From the NCBI RefSeq assembly GCF_963921235.1, contig NC_086097.1, positions 82,028,001-82,092,000 of the forward strand: a DNA stretch of 64,000 bases, written 5' to 3'. The notes under the pieces are model-generated. The model did no database searches, was not told the DNA's origin, and saw nothing but the letters and a program-made list of their open reading frames with translations. The DNA comes from Mobula hypostoma. Lineage: Eukaryota. Numbering within the stretch: position 1 is the first letter of the stretch; each line of letters opens with the position of its first letter. The translations under genes and the position numbers were made by a program. Below, in pieces: positions 35,470-49,514 of this stretch.

Positions 35470-38400
35470 AGACCATAAGATACAAGAGCCGAGTTAGGCC
35501 TTTTGGCCCATTGAGTCTGCTTCACCACTTCATCATGGTTGATCCACTTTTCCTCTCAGCCCCAGTCTCCTGCCTTCTCCCCATATCCCTTCATGAGCGG
35601 ACCAATCAAGAATCTATCAACCACTGCCTTAAATATACATAAAGACATCCTCCACAGCTGTCTGTGACAAAGAATTCCACAGATTCACCACTCTCTGGCT
35701 AAAGAAATTCCTCCCCATCTCTGGTTCTAAAAGGACACCCCTCCATTCTGAGGCTGTGTCCTCTGGTCACAGACTCATCCGCCATAGGAAACATCCACTC
35801 CATCAAGGCCTTTAACCATTCGACAGGTTTCAATTGGGTCACCCCTCATTCTTTTGAATTCCAGTGAATACAGGCCCAGAGCCATCAAACACTCTTCATA
35901 CGACAAGCCATTCAATCCTGGAATCACTTTTACGAACCTCCTTTGAACTCTCCAGTTTTCTAAGACGAGGGGCTCAAACCTGCTCATAATGCTCCAAGTG
36001 AGGCATCACGAGTGCGTTATAAAGTTTCAATATTACTTCCTTGCTTTTATATTCTAGTCTTTTTGAAAGGAATGCTAACATGGCGTTTGCCTTCCTCACC
36101 ACAGACTTAGGCTGCAAATTAACCTTTAGGGAATACTGCACAGGAACTCCCAACTCCCTTTGCACCACAGTTTTTTGTATTTTCTCTCCATTTAGAAAAT
36201 AGTCATCCCTTTCATCTATCAAAGTGCACGACCACACACTTCCTAACACTGTATTCCATCTGCGATTTCTTTGCCCATTCTCCCAATCTGTTTAAGTCCT
36301 TCTGTAGCCTACTTCCTCAAAACTACCTGCACCCCCACCTATCTTCATATTGTCTGTAAATAATAAAAGCCATTAATTCCATTATCCAAATCATTGACAT
36401 ATAACGTAAAAAGAATCGGTCACAACACAGACCCCTATGGAACACCACTAGTCATCGGCAGCCAGCCAGGAAAGGCTCCCTTTATTCCCACTCTTTGCCT
36501 CCTGCCAATCAGCCACTGCTTTATCCATGCTAGAATCTTTACTGTAATGCCTTGAGCTTGTAGCTTGTTAAGCAGCCTTATGTGTGGCACCTTGTCAAAG
36601 GCCTTCTGAAAATCCAAGTGCACAACATCAACCATTTCTCCTTGTCTATACTCCTTGTTAGTTCTAAGATTCCCAGCAGATCTGTCAGTCAAGATGTTCC
36701 CTTGAGGAAACCATGCTGACTGCAGCCTATTTTATCAGGTGCCTCCAAGTACCCTGAGACCTCATCCTCAATAATCAACTCCAACATCTTCCCAACCAGA
36801 GGTCAGACTAACTGGCCTATAGATTCCTTTCTTCTGTCTCTCTCCCTTCTTGAAGAGTGGAGTGACATTTGCAATTTTCCAGTCTGGCAGAACCATTTCA
36901 GAATCTAATGATTCTTGAAAAATCATTACCAATGCCTCCATGATCTCTTCAGCTACCTCTTTTAGAACTCTAGGGTGTACATCATCTGGTCCAGGTGACT
37001 TATCACTTTCCCAAGAACCTTCTCTCTAGTTATGGTAACTTCACACACTTTATGCTCCCTGACACCTGGAACTTCCACCACACTGTTAGTGTCTTCCACA
37101 GTGAAGACTGATGCAAAATACTTATTCAGTTCATCCGCTATTTTGCTGTCCCCCATTACTACCTCTCCAGCATTGTTTTCCAGCTGTCCAATATCCACTC
37201 TTGACTCTTTATGTATCTGAAGAAACTTTTGGTATCCTCTTCAATATTATTGGCTAGATCACTTTCGTATCCCATCTTCACCTTCTTAGTGACTTTTTGT
37301 TGCCTTGTGTTGGTATTTAAAAGCTTCCTAATCCTCTGACTTCCCACTAATTTTTGCTCTATTATGTGCCCTCTCTTTGGCTTTTATGCTGGCTTTGACT
37401 TCTCTTGTTAGCCACAGTTGTGTCATCTTTCCTTTAGATTACTTCTTCCTCTTTGGGATGTACATATCCTGTGCCTTCCAAATTGCTTCCAGAAATTCCA
37501 GCCATTGCTGCTCTGCTGACATCCCTGCCAGTGCTCTTTTCCAATCAAATCTGGCCAACTCCTCTCTCATGCCTCCCTTTACTCCACTGTAATGCTGATA
37601 CATCTGACTTCGGTTTTTCCCTCTCAAACTTCAGGGTGAATTCAAACATATTATGATCATTGACCCCTAAGGGTGCTTTTATTTTAAACTCTCTAATCAA
37701 TTCTGGTTCATTGCACAACACCCAATTCAGAATAGGTGATCCTCCAGTGGGCTCAACCACAAACTGCTCTAAAAGGCCATTTCATTGGGACTCTCGAGAT
37801 TTCCCCCTCCTGTAATCTAGCAGACACCTGATTTTCCCAATCTACCTGCATATTGAAGTCCCCCATGACCATTGTAACATTGCCCTTTTGGCATGCATTT
37901 TCTATCTCCCACTGTAATTTGTAGGCCACATCCTTACCATTGTTGGGGTCTGTATACAACTCCCATCAGGATCTTTTTACCCTTGCAGGTGCTTAGCTTT
38001 ACCACAATGATCCAACATCTTCTGACCTTATGTCACCTCTTTCTAATGAGTTGATTCCCTTTTTTTCAGCCAACAGAGCAAAGCCGCCCCCTCTCCCTTT
38101 CTGCCTGTCCTTTTGATACAATGTGTATCCTTGGACATTGAGCTCCCAGCTATAATCTTTCAGCCATGATTCAGTGATGACTACAACATCATACCTGCCA
38201 GTTTACAACTGTGCTGCAAGTTCATCTGCCTTATTCGTAGACTGCGCACATTCAGATACAACACTTTCAGTCCTGTATTCACCCTTTTTGATTTTGTCTG
38301 CCTTTTAAGCTGCAGCTCATCCTGTTGACTGCAGTTTTGCCCTATCACCAGCTTCTCCTCACTACACATTGCCTCTGTTTGTAAACCAGCTACCTCTTCT

Positions 38401-38845
38401 TAGAAAGACAGACAAACTACAGCACAATATAGGCCCTTTGGCCCACAATGCTGTGCCGAACATGTACTTACTTTGGAAATTACCTAGAGTTACCCATAGC
38501 CTATTATCTTCAGCACTATTATCCAGCCTTCCTATGATGCTTCTTGCATTTAAATGCAGGCAGCTCAGGACACTAGTTACACCATGCTCAACCTTCTGCT
38601 TCCTATCTTTGTCTGGGGTCTTAACAACCTTTCCACTAACTGTTGTGGCACTCTGGTTCCCATCCCCCTGCAACTCTAGTTTAAAACCCACCATGCAGCA
38701 TTAACAAACCTTCCCACTAAGATATTAGTCCCCCTCCAGTTCAGGTGCAAACTGTCCCTTCTGTACAGATTCCACCTTCCTTGGAAGAGAGCCCAATGAT
38801 ACAAAAATATTATGCACTCGCTCCTACACCAGTTCCTTGGTCACA
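35470..38845 (-). mobile_element. Decayed near-full ORF2 CR1 LINE (APE and RT)
   Basis: LKVLYLNVRS, VMGDFNMQVDW, NDHNM, DVVHLDFQKAFDKVPH, MTSGVP; multiple frameshifts. Confidence 0.88.
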
Positions 38846-38877
38846 TTTGCATCTGTTTGGCCCATATCCCTCTAAAC

Positions 38878-38957
38878 TAGGGGTTCCTAAACTTTTTTAT
38901 GCCATGGACCAATACTATTAAGCAAGGAGTTCATGGGTCCCAGGTTGGGAATCCCTG
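38878..38957. mobile_element. 80-bp hAT-Charlie-type MITE
   Basis: 8-bp TSD CTCTAAAC (38870-77, 38958-65); imperfect TIRs TAGGGGTTCCTAAACT / AGGTTGGGAATCCCTG. Confidence 0.85.
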
Positions 38958-38959
38958 CT

Positions 38960-39930
38960 CTAAACTATTCCTATCCGTGTATCTGCCTGAGTATCCTTTA
39001 AATGCTGTAATTGTACTATTATCACTTCCTCTGTCGGCTCATTTCATAATCCCAATTACCTGGCCTTCTGGTCCTCTTTAACTCTTTCCTCTTTCACTTT
39101 AAACCCATGCACTCTAGCTATAGACTCTCAAATATGGGCACCTTATCAGTGCCCCGCATGATTACATTAACCATTAGAAAGTCACTCCTCAGCTTCTAAC
39201 ACTCCGGCGAAATAAAGACACAGGCTATCCATTAAAACTCAAGATCTGCAGTCCCAGTAATATTCTTACGTACCTTGCCTGCACTCTTTCAGTTAAAGTA
39301 TGCTCTTCCCATAGCTAGATGATCAGTATTTCACAAAATTATCCAAGTCAGTCTTACCAGTGTTTTACACAGCTGTAATCTGAAAACCAGCGTTGTAATC
39401 AATGCTTGGATTTAACCGTCCTCCCCTCTGCCCTCCCAGAATATGTGTGCTGCTACTTTCAGGGAACCATGTCCTGTATCCCTAAGGTCTCGCTGTTCTA
39501 CAACACTCTCCAGGGCCATGCCATTTACTGTGGAACTGCCCTCTTTTCATTGATCAAATGCAACATTGCATTTGTTAAGAGTTAAATTCCATCTGCCGTT
39601 CCTTGGCCGACTTTCCCAGTTGATCTAGATCCTGTTAGATAAACTTATTCTCATTCCAATAAAACATAATTTTTGTGTTATTCAGAAACTTAACAACAAT
39701 GCCACCTGCATTCTCACATAATCTTTAATACAGGGGATGCTGTGGCAAATAGCTGATCACAGGTCTCCAATCTGGGGGAAAAAACATCAACCACCACCTA
39801 CTGACTCCTTCCAACAAGGTAATTCTATATCCAGTTGGCTAGCTCAGCTTGGATCCTTTGAGATCTTTAAGCCCTTGTCAAAGACTTTGCTCAAGTTCAT
39901 GTAGAGCACATCTACTATGTTGACCTCTTG
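38960..39930 (-). mobile_element. Old CR1 LINE 3' fragment
   Basis: Degenerate collinear similarity to the other minus-strand CR1 copies. Confidence 0.6.
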
Positions 39931-40180
39931 ATCACCTCAGAATCAGGTCTAACATCGCTGGCATATGTTGTGAAATATGTTGTTTTGTGGCAGCAGTAGA
40001 TTGCAATACATAGAACATAGACCAGTACAGCACAGGAACAGGCGATTTGTCCCGCAATGTTGTGCCGAACAAGCTTAAAAGCAAATCAAAAACACCCAAA
40101 CACCAATACTTCCTATCCATCTCATGTCCGTATCCCTCCATCTTCCTTGCATACATGTGCTTATCCAAATATCACTTAAA

Positions 40181-41067
40181 GGCCGTATCTCAGGTAATGA
40201 TGAGTTTGAGTACAGAGAGGCAATTAAGAACCTGGTGGCATGGTGCGAAGACAGTAACCTATCCTTCAACGTCAGCAAGACAAAGGAATTGGTTGTTGAC
40301 TTCAGAAGGAGTAGAGGACTGCATGACCCAATTTACATCGGTGGTGCACAAGTGGAACAGGTCAAAAGCTTTAAGTTCCTCGGGGTCAATATCACAAGTG
40401 ACCTGACTTAGTCCAACCAAGCAGACTCCACTGCCAAGAAGGCCCACCAGTGCCTTCACTTCCTGAGAAAACTAAAGAAATTTGGCCTGTCCCCTAAAAC
40501 CCTCACTAATTTTTATAGATGCACCGTAGAAAGCATTCTTCTAGGGTGCATCACAACCTGGTATGGAAGTTGTCCTGTCCAAGACTGGAAGAAGCTGCAG
40601 AAGATCGTGAACACAGCGCAGCACATCACACAAACCAATCTTCCATCCTTGGACTCACTTTACACCGCACGCTGTTGGAGCAGTGCTGCCAGGATAATCA
40701 AGGACACGACCCACCCAGCCAACACACTTTTCGTCCCTCTTCCCTCCGGGAGAAGGCTCAGGAGCTTGAAGATTCGTACGGCCAGATTTGGGAACAGCTT
40801 CTTTCCAACTGTGATAAGACTGCTGAACGGATCCTGACCCGGATCTGGGCCGTACCCTCCAAATATCCGGACCTGCATCACAGATTTTTTGCACTACCTT
40901 ACTTTCCATTTTTCTATTTTCTATTTATGATTTATAATTTAAATTTTTAATATTTACTATCGATTTGTAATCCAGGGAGCGAGAAGAGCAGAATCATATA
41001 TCGCTATGATGATTGTAAGTTCTAGTATCAATTGTTTGGCGATAATAAAGTATAAAGTAAAGTAAAG
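40181..41067 (+). mobile_element. Rex/Babar LINE 3' fragment inserted in a CR1 tail
   Basis: WCEDSNLSFNVSKTKELVVDFRR..VKSFKFLGVNI..RTARFGNSFFPTVIRLLN; AATAAA and (GTAAA)n tail. Confidence 0.9.
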
Positions 41068-41492
41068 CCTTTAATATATTTGCCGCTACCACCATACCAG
41101 GCAGCGCTTTCCAGGCATCCGTGACTGAGTGAAAAACTTACCCCTTGCATTCCCCTTGAACCTACCCTCTCTCACCTTCATGCCCTCTGGTATTCGACAT
41201 TTCAAGCCTGGGAAATAGACAAATTCTGTCCACTCTATCAACTGTATACCTCTCATAATTAACAAATTTCACGAGACATGCCGGTGATAATAAACTTGAT
41301 TTTGATCTTGTAAACCTCTATCAGATCTTGCCTCAGCCTCCAACGCTCCAGAGAAAACAACCCAAGTTTATACAGCCTCTCACAATAGCACATGCCCTCT
41401 AAACCAGGCAGCATCCTAGTAAACCTTTTCTGCACCCTCTCCAAAGCCTCAACATCCTTCCTATAGTGGGGCAACCAGAACCGTACACAGTA
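41068..41492 (-). mobile_element. CR1 3' fragment (continues at about 40010-40180)
   Basis: [24 protein letters not shown]. Confidence 0.8.
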
Positions 41493-41494
41493 CT

Positions 41495-42530
41495 TAATTT
41501 AAAAATCTATAAATTACAATAATATATTTTAAAAATTAAATTAAGTGCAAAAAAGAGAGAGGAGGAGGAAATAATAGAGAAATAGTGTACATGGGTTCAT
41601 TGTCCATTCAGAAATCTGATGGCAGATAAGAAATTGTTCCTAAAATATTGATTGTGAGTCTTCAGGCTCTACTACCTCCTCCTTGATGCAGCAATGAGAA
41701 GAGTTAATGTCCTGTGTGAAGGGGATCCTTAACGATAGATACTGCCCTTTTGAGGCATTGCATTTTGAAGATGTCCTCGATGCTAGGGAGGTTAGTGCCC
41801 ATGATGGAGCTGGCTGAAATCTGAAACTCCTAATGTAAAATAGCCGCTGTCACACCTTCTTTGTAACTGCATCAATACTTTGGGCTCAGGAGAGACCTTC
41901 AGAGTTGTTGACACCCAGGAACTTGAAACTGCTCAGCTTTTCCACTGCTGATCCCTCAATTAGGACTGGATTTCCCTTTCCTAAAGTCCACAGTCAATTC
42001 CTTGGTCTTCCTAATGTTGAGGGCAAGGTTGTTGTTGCAACGTCACTCAACCAGCTGATCTGAATCACTCCTGTACACCTTGTCACCATCTGAAATTCAG
42101 CCAACAATTGTTGTGTCATGGCAAATGTATGAATGGTGTTTGAGCCGTACCTAGCCACACAGTCATGTGTGCAGATAAACTGAAGCTTTGGGCTAAGCGT
42201 CCTTGAAGTTTGCCTGTGTTGATTGTCTGTGAGGAGATGTTATTTCAGATCCCACTGACTTATCTCCCAATAAGAACTCTAGGATCCAGTTGCAGAGAGA
42301 GATAGAAGTCCAGGTTTTGGAGCTTATTGATTAGTACTGAGGGTATGATGGTGTTGAGCACTGAGCTGTAATCATGTTTCTATTGCCCAGGAGACCCAGG
42401 GCCTGTAGACCTATTGTGGCAATAGGCAAATCGCAGCCATCCAACTCCCCGCTTAGGCAGGAATTAAATCTGACCATGACTACCCTCTCAAAGATCTTCA
42501 TTGCAGTAGATGTGAAGTCAACTGGGCAAT
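41495..42530 (-). mobile_element. Rex/Babar LINE fragment
   Basis: Collinear with 7560-8090 (ACACCCAGGAACTTGAAACTGCTCA, i.e. SSFKFLGV). Confidence 0.75.
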
Positions 42531-43714
42531 AGTCTAATCAGTTCTTGCTTTTCCAAATACATGCAGATCTTGTTTCTCAGAACCCAATACTGTAACCTTT
42601 CCACCATTGATGTTAGGTTCACCAGCCTATAGTTTCACACCTTGTTTTTACAGTCCTTATTCAACCTTAGGACTTTGATCAAATTGCCCTTTAGCCCTGA
42701 AATTTTTGGAATGCAGCCCCGGTTTGTGTAATCTTTCCTCAAATACTGATTCTGCTATCATTCAGGTAATGCTCTGCTGCATTAGATCCTAGGCTCATGC
42801 ATTCTTCCTTTTGAGCATTGCTGTTAAAAGCTGTTCACTGTACTCTCGGTACAATCTAGGCAAAGCTTTGTATACCTGTACAATATCTTATCGCTTTGGC
42901 ATCTGACAATACTCAAACATACACAATCTCAGCTTCCATTGGCCCTTGGGGCTCAATACTGAATTCCAAGAAGCTTTTTTTCTCTCTTTTTGCACAGATG
43001 TGGCTGTTTCAAATTATTTCCTTTTTCCCCTCTTGGCTGCAACTGCTGTTTTGCAAATATTTTCAGACAACTTTGATCCGATTTCTGTCAGAGACATTGC
43101 CTCTGTTCTCTATCTCATCTCACTGTATCTTAAAACATTTGCTTCTAACTTTTCCAATTCTGATGAAGATACTGGACCTTGATCTGAGAAATTAACTTTG
43201 TTCTCTCTTACGGATGGCACTTGACTTGCTGGCTCCTTCAGCATTTTTGACCTTTGCATTGAATTGCCAGCATCAGCAGTGGTTTTTTGCCTTTATCACT
43301 TAGAACCTCATTTTTTTTTCACTCCCAAGATTAAAAAAATATTCTTGGGTTATTTTCTACACCTGTGCCTGATATTTTAACAAGCTCAAGGCTTTTTGAT
43401 GCTACATATTTCTAGCTTTTTACCACTTAGGAAGTTCTCTGTTTAGTCTCTCTTCTGTCAAAAGTAGATGATCTTACATCTGCTACATTAGGAGTGTGGT
43501 TGCATAGTTGTTAAATTACCTGGAAAAGTAGCCAGAGTGCTGGTCCACTGATTTGGAGAAAACGAGGTTGAATTCCACTACAGCAGCTGGAGAATTTAAA
43601 TTCACATAATTTTGCAAGTTTAAAATAGTTATTGTGAGTAACTAGAGTGAAAATAAATGCCTAGAAAGTAAACTCCAGGCCTAGCAATGTGGTCGACTCT
43701 GGTTACATAAGAAA

Positions 43715-44030
43715 AAACATAAGAAATAGGAGTATGAGTAAGCCATCTGGCCTGTCGAGCCTGCTCCGTCATTCAATAAGATCATGGCTGATCTGGCCAT
43801 GGACTCATCTCCACCTACCTGCCTTTTCCCCATAACTCTTAATTCCCCTACTATGCAAAAATCTATCCAATCTCGTCCTAAATATATTTACTGAGGTAGC
43901 CTCCACTGCTTCAATAGGCAGAGAATTCCAGATTCACTACCCTCTGGGAAAAGCAGTTCCTCCTCATCTCCGGCCTAAATCTACTCCCCCAAATCTTGAG
44001 GCTATGTCCCCTAGTTCTAGTTCTAGTTCT
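43715..44030 (-). repeat. CR1 3' UTR fragment with (CTAGTT)n expansion
   Basis: (ACATAAGA) tail and CR1-type 3' stem; simple repeat at 44011-44033. Confidence 0.7.
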
Positions 44031-44869
44031 AGTGTAGTGGCGTCAGGCAGCTGGGTGGAGCTTAAAATGCTTTTAGATATACATATGAATATGAAGGGAA
44101 AGGAGGGATATGGATGATACATAGGAGAATAGTTAGTATAAACCTATAGCAAGATCGACACACCACTGTGGACTGAATGGCTGTTCAGCGCTGTACTACA
44201 TCTTAAGTCAAAAGGTGCATCAACTTTTATGAAGCAATGGAAAGGTTATACTAAGCAGAGTGTAACAAGAGTGACTGAGAACCAGTATCTCGTGAGAGAT
44301 AAAATTGAACAGCTATGAAATACGACAGAATATTTTGATGCAGCAGAGGAAACGAGAACAAGGCAAATTTTCCAAGCAAGTTATAGAATTAGGTTCGGGT
44401 TTCATTATTAATTCATGCAGAGTAACAGTAATGAATAAAACTGCCATCAAATATTAACCAGTTCACAAGACTAGATTGTTTCCATCCCGGGTTTTGAAAG
44501 AAATGAGAACAGTTCAAGATTAGTCAAAGTTTTCTCATTGATTGGAAAATAGTGCTTGCAACCATCTTTTAGTAAATGTTGAAAGAGTCAACCAGATAAA
44601 TAAAGACCAGTTAGCTCTGCATCTATATCAGGAAATTAAAGACACCTTTACAAATTCATGGTGTTCTCCAATTAACTTAAAAGTTTTCTGTGTTCAATTA
44701 CTCTGTCCTTAATTACAACTCATTTTCAGACAGCAGATATTAGGTTAACGAGCTGGTAATTCCTGATACCCTACAGTATTCCAATGCTCAATTCTAATTG
44801 AAAACTCTGTTGTAAACTCTTCAAAGAAATCACTCTTCAGTCCCATAATGACATAGACTCATATATATA

Positions 44870-46465
44870 TAGACATAGAAATCCACAGCACATTACAGGC
44901 TCTTCGACCCCCAATAATGTGCCGACCATGTAACCTACTCTAGAAACTGCCAGAATTACCCTACCACATAGCCCTAAGCTCCATATCCCTATCTAAGAGT
45001 CTCTTAGAAGACCCTATTGTATCTGCCTCTGCCAATGTCACTGGCAGTGCATTCCACACACCCACCATTTTGTGTGAAAAACTTACCCCAGACGTCCCTT
45101 CAGTACCTACCTCCCTTGTACCTACTTCTAAGCCCTTTCAGCCCTGGGGAAAAGCCTCTAGTTATCCACACGATCAATGCCCCTTATCATTGTATACACC
45201 TCTATCAGGTCACCTCTCATCCTCCATCGCTCCAAGGAGAAAAGGCCAAATTCACTCAACCTACTCCTATAAGGCTTACTCTCCAATCTAGACAACATCT
45301 TTGTAAATCTCCTCTGCACTCTCTCTATAGTATCTACATCCTTCCTGTAGTGAGGTGACCAGAACTGAATACAGTACACCAAGTGAGGTCTGACCAGGGT
45401 CCTATACAGCTGTAACATTACCTCATGGCACTTGAGCTCAATCCCATGGTTGATAAATGCCAACACACCATATATCTTCTTTAATAACACTGTCAACTTG
45501 TGCAGTAGCTTTGAGTGTCCTAGGGACATGGACCCCCAAGATCTCTCTGATCTTCCACACAAAATGCTGTGTTCAAATCTGACCGACCAAAATGAACCAC
45601 TTCACACTTATCTGGGTTGAACTCCATCTGCCACTTCTCAGCCCAGTTTTGCATCCTATCAATGTCCCACTGTAACCTCTGACAACTCTCCAGACTATCC
45701 ATAAAACCCCCAACCTTCGTGTCATCAGCAAAATTACTAGCCCACCCTTCTACTTCATCATCCAGGCCATTTATAAAAATCACAAAGCGGAGGGCTCCCA
45801 GAACAAATCCCTGTGGAACACTACTGGTCACCAACCTCCGTGCAGAATATGAACCCTTTGCCTTCTGTGGGCAAGCCAATTCTGGATACACAAAGCAAGG
45901 TCTCCTTGGATCCCATGCCTCCTTGCTTTCTGAATGATCCTTGCATGGGGAACCTTATCAAATGCCTTACTGAAATCCATATACACTACATGCACTGCTC
46001 TACCTTCATCTATGTGTTTAGTCACATCCAAATGCTCATAAATTCTGCCTCTCGAGATCTTCTCCAACAACTTGCCCACCACTGAAGCAAGACCTACTGG
46101 TCTATAATTTCCTGGGTATCTCTACTCCCTTTCTTGAACAAAGAAACAACATTTGCAACCTTCCAATACTCTGGTACTTCTTCCATCCCTATTGATGATG
46201 CAAAGATCATCGCCAGAGGCTCAGCAATCTCCTCCCTTGCTTCTTACAGTAGCCTGGGGTACATCTCATCCAGTCCCTGCCACTTATCTAACTTAATGCT
46301 TTTCAAAAGCTCCAGCACATCCTCTTTTTAAAAAAAAATGTCTATATGCTCAAGGGTCTCAGTCTGCTGCAAGTCATCCCCACAATTGCCAAGGTCCTTT
46401 TCTCCGGTGAATACTGAAGCAAAGTATTCATTAAGTACCTCTGCTACCTCCTCTAGCTCTATGCA
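44870..46465 (-). mobile_element. Decayed CR1 LINE RT region
   Basis: YMDFSKAFDKVPH, SSVPQGFVLG, NFADDTK, LYRTLVRPHL. Confidence 0.88.
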
Positions 46466-47359
46466 CACATATCACCATAAACATCCATTGTATTCCTTCC
46501 CTATTTTCCCTAAGTATTCTGAAGGTTAAACATTGACTTGGACAGGCCTTACCATTGACTTAGAAGAAAGTATCCTACAAAGATTCAGATAGTTCCCTTT
46601 CAATGTCAGTTGCTGGTCCAGAAGATCTTCAGTACCCAGTAATAGTGACATTACAAACAGGAAAAAGCTAACCAAAAAGTGAACAGGTTTCTTAACTAAC
46701 CTTTTACATTGCAAACTAATTGGACAGAACTGAAAATTAACATCTTTCTATAATCAGGCTATCCCCAGTTGCATCCTCTACTGTCATGCCCACCAACTGT
46801 TTGTGCCCTTAAAAGTGTCCAAAGCCATTTTGGCTCTGCTTGCAATCAAAAGAAATTCACAAAAAAGCAAAATATCATTCAATTACACCACATGCCAAAT
46901 AGGTTCCACATTCATCCTCTTCTTGCCTCTCCCTACCTCCTTTAAAATTAAAATCAACTCTGCGTTAATTGTTTATAGTAACTCATTTTCATGCTATCTT
47001 CTCAAGCAATCTTCCCCTGCAAAGATCAGAGTTCTCAATATCATTCTGAATGCTTTTTGTTATAACATTCACATTGGAATCTGTTCTTCTAATTGCCCCA
47101 GTTCACTATTTGAGTGATGCATATAGTACTTAATTAATCAGTAAAAATGTTCTCCTTAAGTCTTGCATCAATCGAGACCATCAAATCAATCTCCAGAGCT
47201 GGTATTGTTGAGAATACAAGACATTCCTACAGCATTAGACCCAAGGATAGTGGAATACACTCCCAAAAATCTGTCTATTAAATCCAACCTCTTCTTTCTT
47301 CACAGATAAAAATACAACCACTCCTTATTTGATTAGGAGAGGATTTTTAAACATGATTT

Positions 47360-49514
47360 AAGGATTCAAGGATTGACGGTGGATATGCAATGGCAGGCAT
47401 TTAAAGGTTGCATGGATGAACTACAACAATTGTTCATCCCAGTTTGGCAAAAGAATAAATCAAGGAAGGTAGTGCACCCGTGGCTGACAAGAGAAATTAG
47501 GGATAGTATCAATTCCAAAGAAGTAGCATACAAATTAGCCAGAGAAAGTGGCTCACCTGAGGACTGGGAGAAATTCAGAGTTCAGCAGAGGAGGACAAAG
47601 GGCTTAATTAGGAAGGGGAAAAAAGATTATGAGAGAAAACTGGCAGAGAACATAAAAACGGACTGTAAAAGCTTTTATAGATATGTAAAAAGGAAAAGAC
47701 TGATAAAGACAAATGTAGGTCCCCTGCAAACAGAAACAGGTGAATTGATTATGGGGAGCAAGGACATGGCAGACCAATTGAATAATTACTTTGGTTCTGT
47801 CTTCACTAAGGAGGACATAAATAATCTTCCAGAAATAGTAAGGGACAGAGGGTCCAGTGAGATGGAGGAACTGAGCGAAATACATGTTAGTAGGGAAGTG
47901 GTGTTAGGTAAATTGAAGGGATTGAAGGCAGATAAATCCCCTGGGCCAGATGGTCTGCATCCCAGAGTGCTTAAGGAAGTGGCCCAAGAAATAGTGGATG
48001 CATTAGTGATAATTTTTCAAAACTCGTTAGATTCTGGACTAGTTCCTGAGGATTGGAGGGTGGCTAATGTAACTCCACTTTTTAAAAAAGGAGGGAGAGA
48101 GAAACCGGGGAATTATAGGCCGGTTAGCCTAACGTCGGTGGTGGGGAAACTGCTGGAGTCAGTTATCAAGGATGTGATAACAGCACATTTGGAAAGCGGT
48201 GAAATGATCGGACAAAGTCAGCATGGATTTGTGAAAGGAAAATCATGTCTGACGAATCTCATAGAATTTTTTGAGGATGTAACTAGTAGAGTGGATAGGG
48301 GAGAACCAGTGGATGTGGTATATTTGGATTTTCAAAAGGCTTTTGACAAGGTCCCACACAGGAGATTAGTGTGCAAACTTAAAGCACACGGTATTGGGGG
48401 TAAGGTATTGGTGTGGGTGGAGAATTGGTTAGCAGACAGGAAGCAAAGAGTGGGAATAAACGGGACCTTTTCAGAATGGCAGGCGGTGACTAGTGGGGTA
48501 CCGCAAGGCTCAGTGCTGGGACCCCAGTTGTTTACAATATATATTAATGACTTGGATGAGGGAATTAAATGCAGCATCTCCAAGTTTGCAGATGACACGA
48601 AGCTGGGTGGCAGTGTTAGCAGTGAGGAGGATGCTAAGAGGATGCAGGGTGACTTGGATAGGTTGGGTGAGTGGGCAAACTCATGGCAGATGCAATTTAA
48701 TGTGGATAAATGTGAAGTTATCCACTTTGGTGGCAAAAATAGGAAAACAGATTATTATCTGAATGGTGGCCGATTAGGAAAAGGGGAGGTGCAACGAGAC
48801 CTGGGTGTCATTATACACCAGTCATTGAAAGTGGGCATGCAGGTACAGCAGGCGGTGAAAAAGGCGAACGGTATGCTGGCATTTATAGCGAGAGGATTCG
48901 AGTACAGGAGCAGGGAGGTACTACTGCAGTTGTACAAGGCCTTGGTGAGACCACACCTGGAGTATTGTGTGCAGTTTTGGTCCCCTAATCTGAGGAAAGA
49001 CATCTTTGCCATAGAGGGAGTACAAAGAAGGTTCACCAGATTGATTCCTGGGATGGCAGGTCTTTCATATGAAGAAAGACTGGATGAACTGGGCTTGTAC
49101 TCGTTGGAATTTAGAAGATTGAGGGGGGATCTGATTGAAACGTATAAGATCCTAAAGGGATTGGACAGGCTAGATGCGGGAAGATTGTTCCCGATGTTGG
49201 GGAGGTCTAGAACGAGGGGTCACAGTTTGAGGATAGAGGGGAAGCCTTTTAGGACCGAGGTTAGGAAAAACTTCTTCACACAGAGAGTGGTGAATCTGTG
49301 GAATTCTCTGCCACAGCAAACTGTTGAGGCCAGTTCATTAGCTATGTTTAAAAGGAAGTTAGATATGGCCCTTGTGGCTACAGGGGTCAGGGGGTATGGA
49401 GGGAAGGCTGGGTTCTGAGTTGGATGATCAGCCATGATCATAATAAATGGCGGTGCAGGCTCGAAGGGCCGAATGGCCTGCTCCTGCACCTATTTTCTAT
49501 GTTTCTATGTTTCT
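47360..49514 (+). mobile_element. Young 5'-truncated CR1 LINE
   Basis: Uninterrupted ORF, 3' UTR stem and (TTTCTATG)n tail; candidate TSD ATGATTT (47353-59, 49515-21). Confidence 0.95.
47373..49418 (+). CDS. CR1 ORF2 reverse transcriptase portion (681 aa, endonuclease missing)
   Basis: [54 protein letters not shown], and the CR1 C-terminal motifs; no stops. Confidence 0.9.
   Translation: MTVDMQWQAFKGCMDELQQLFIPVWQKNKSRKVVHPWLTREIRDSINSKEVAYKLARESGSPEDWEKFRVQQRRTKGLIRKGKKDYERKLAENIKTDCKSFYRYVKRKRLIKTNVGPLQTETGELIMGSKDMADQLNNYFGSVFTKEDINNLPEIVRDRGSSEMEELSEIHVSREVVLGKLKGLKADKSPGPDGLHPRVLKEVAQEIVDALVIIFQNSLDSGLVPEDWRVANVTPLFKKGGREKPGNYRPVSLTSVVGKLLESVIKDVITAHLESGEMIGQSQHGFVKGKSCLTNLIEFFEDVTSRVDRGEPVDVVYLDFQKAFDKVPHRRLVCKLKAHGIGGKVLVWVENWLADRKQRVGINGTFSEWQAVTSGVPQGSVLGPQLFTIYINDLDEGIKCSISKFADDTKLGGSVSSEEDAKRMQGDLDRLGEWANSWQMQFNVDKCEVIHFGGKNRKTDYYLNGGRLGKGEVQRDLGVIIHQSLKVGMQVQQAVKKANGMLAFIARGFEYRSREVLLQLYKALVRPHLEYCVQFWSPNLRKDIFAIEGVQRRFTRLIPGMAGLSYEERLDELGLYSLEFRRLRGDLIETYKILKGLDRLDAGRLFPMLGRSRTRGHSLRIEGKPFRTEVRKNFFTQRVVNLWNSLPQQTVEASSLAMFKRKLDMALVATGVRGYGGKAGF

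Noticed and set aside
47373..49418. Long RT ORF as a retron, DGR, group II intron or domesticated host gene
   Set aside because: Motifs, 3' tail and many decayed paralogs in the window identify it as a 5'-truncated CR1 LINE.
47604..49489. Several antisense ORFs of 89-134 aa
   Set aside because: They are shadow frames of the CR1 RT.
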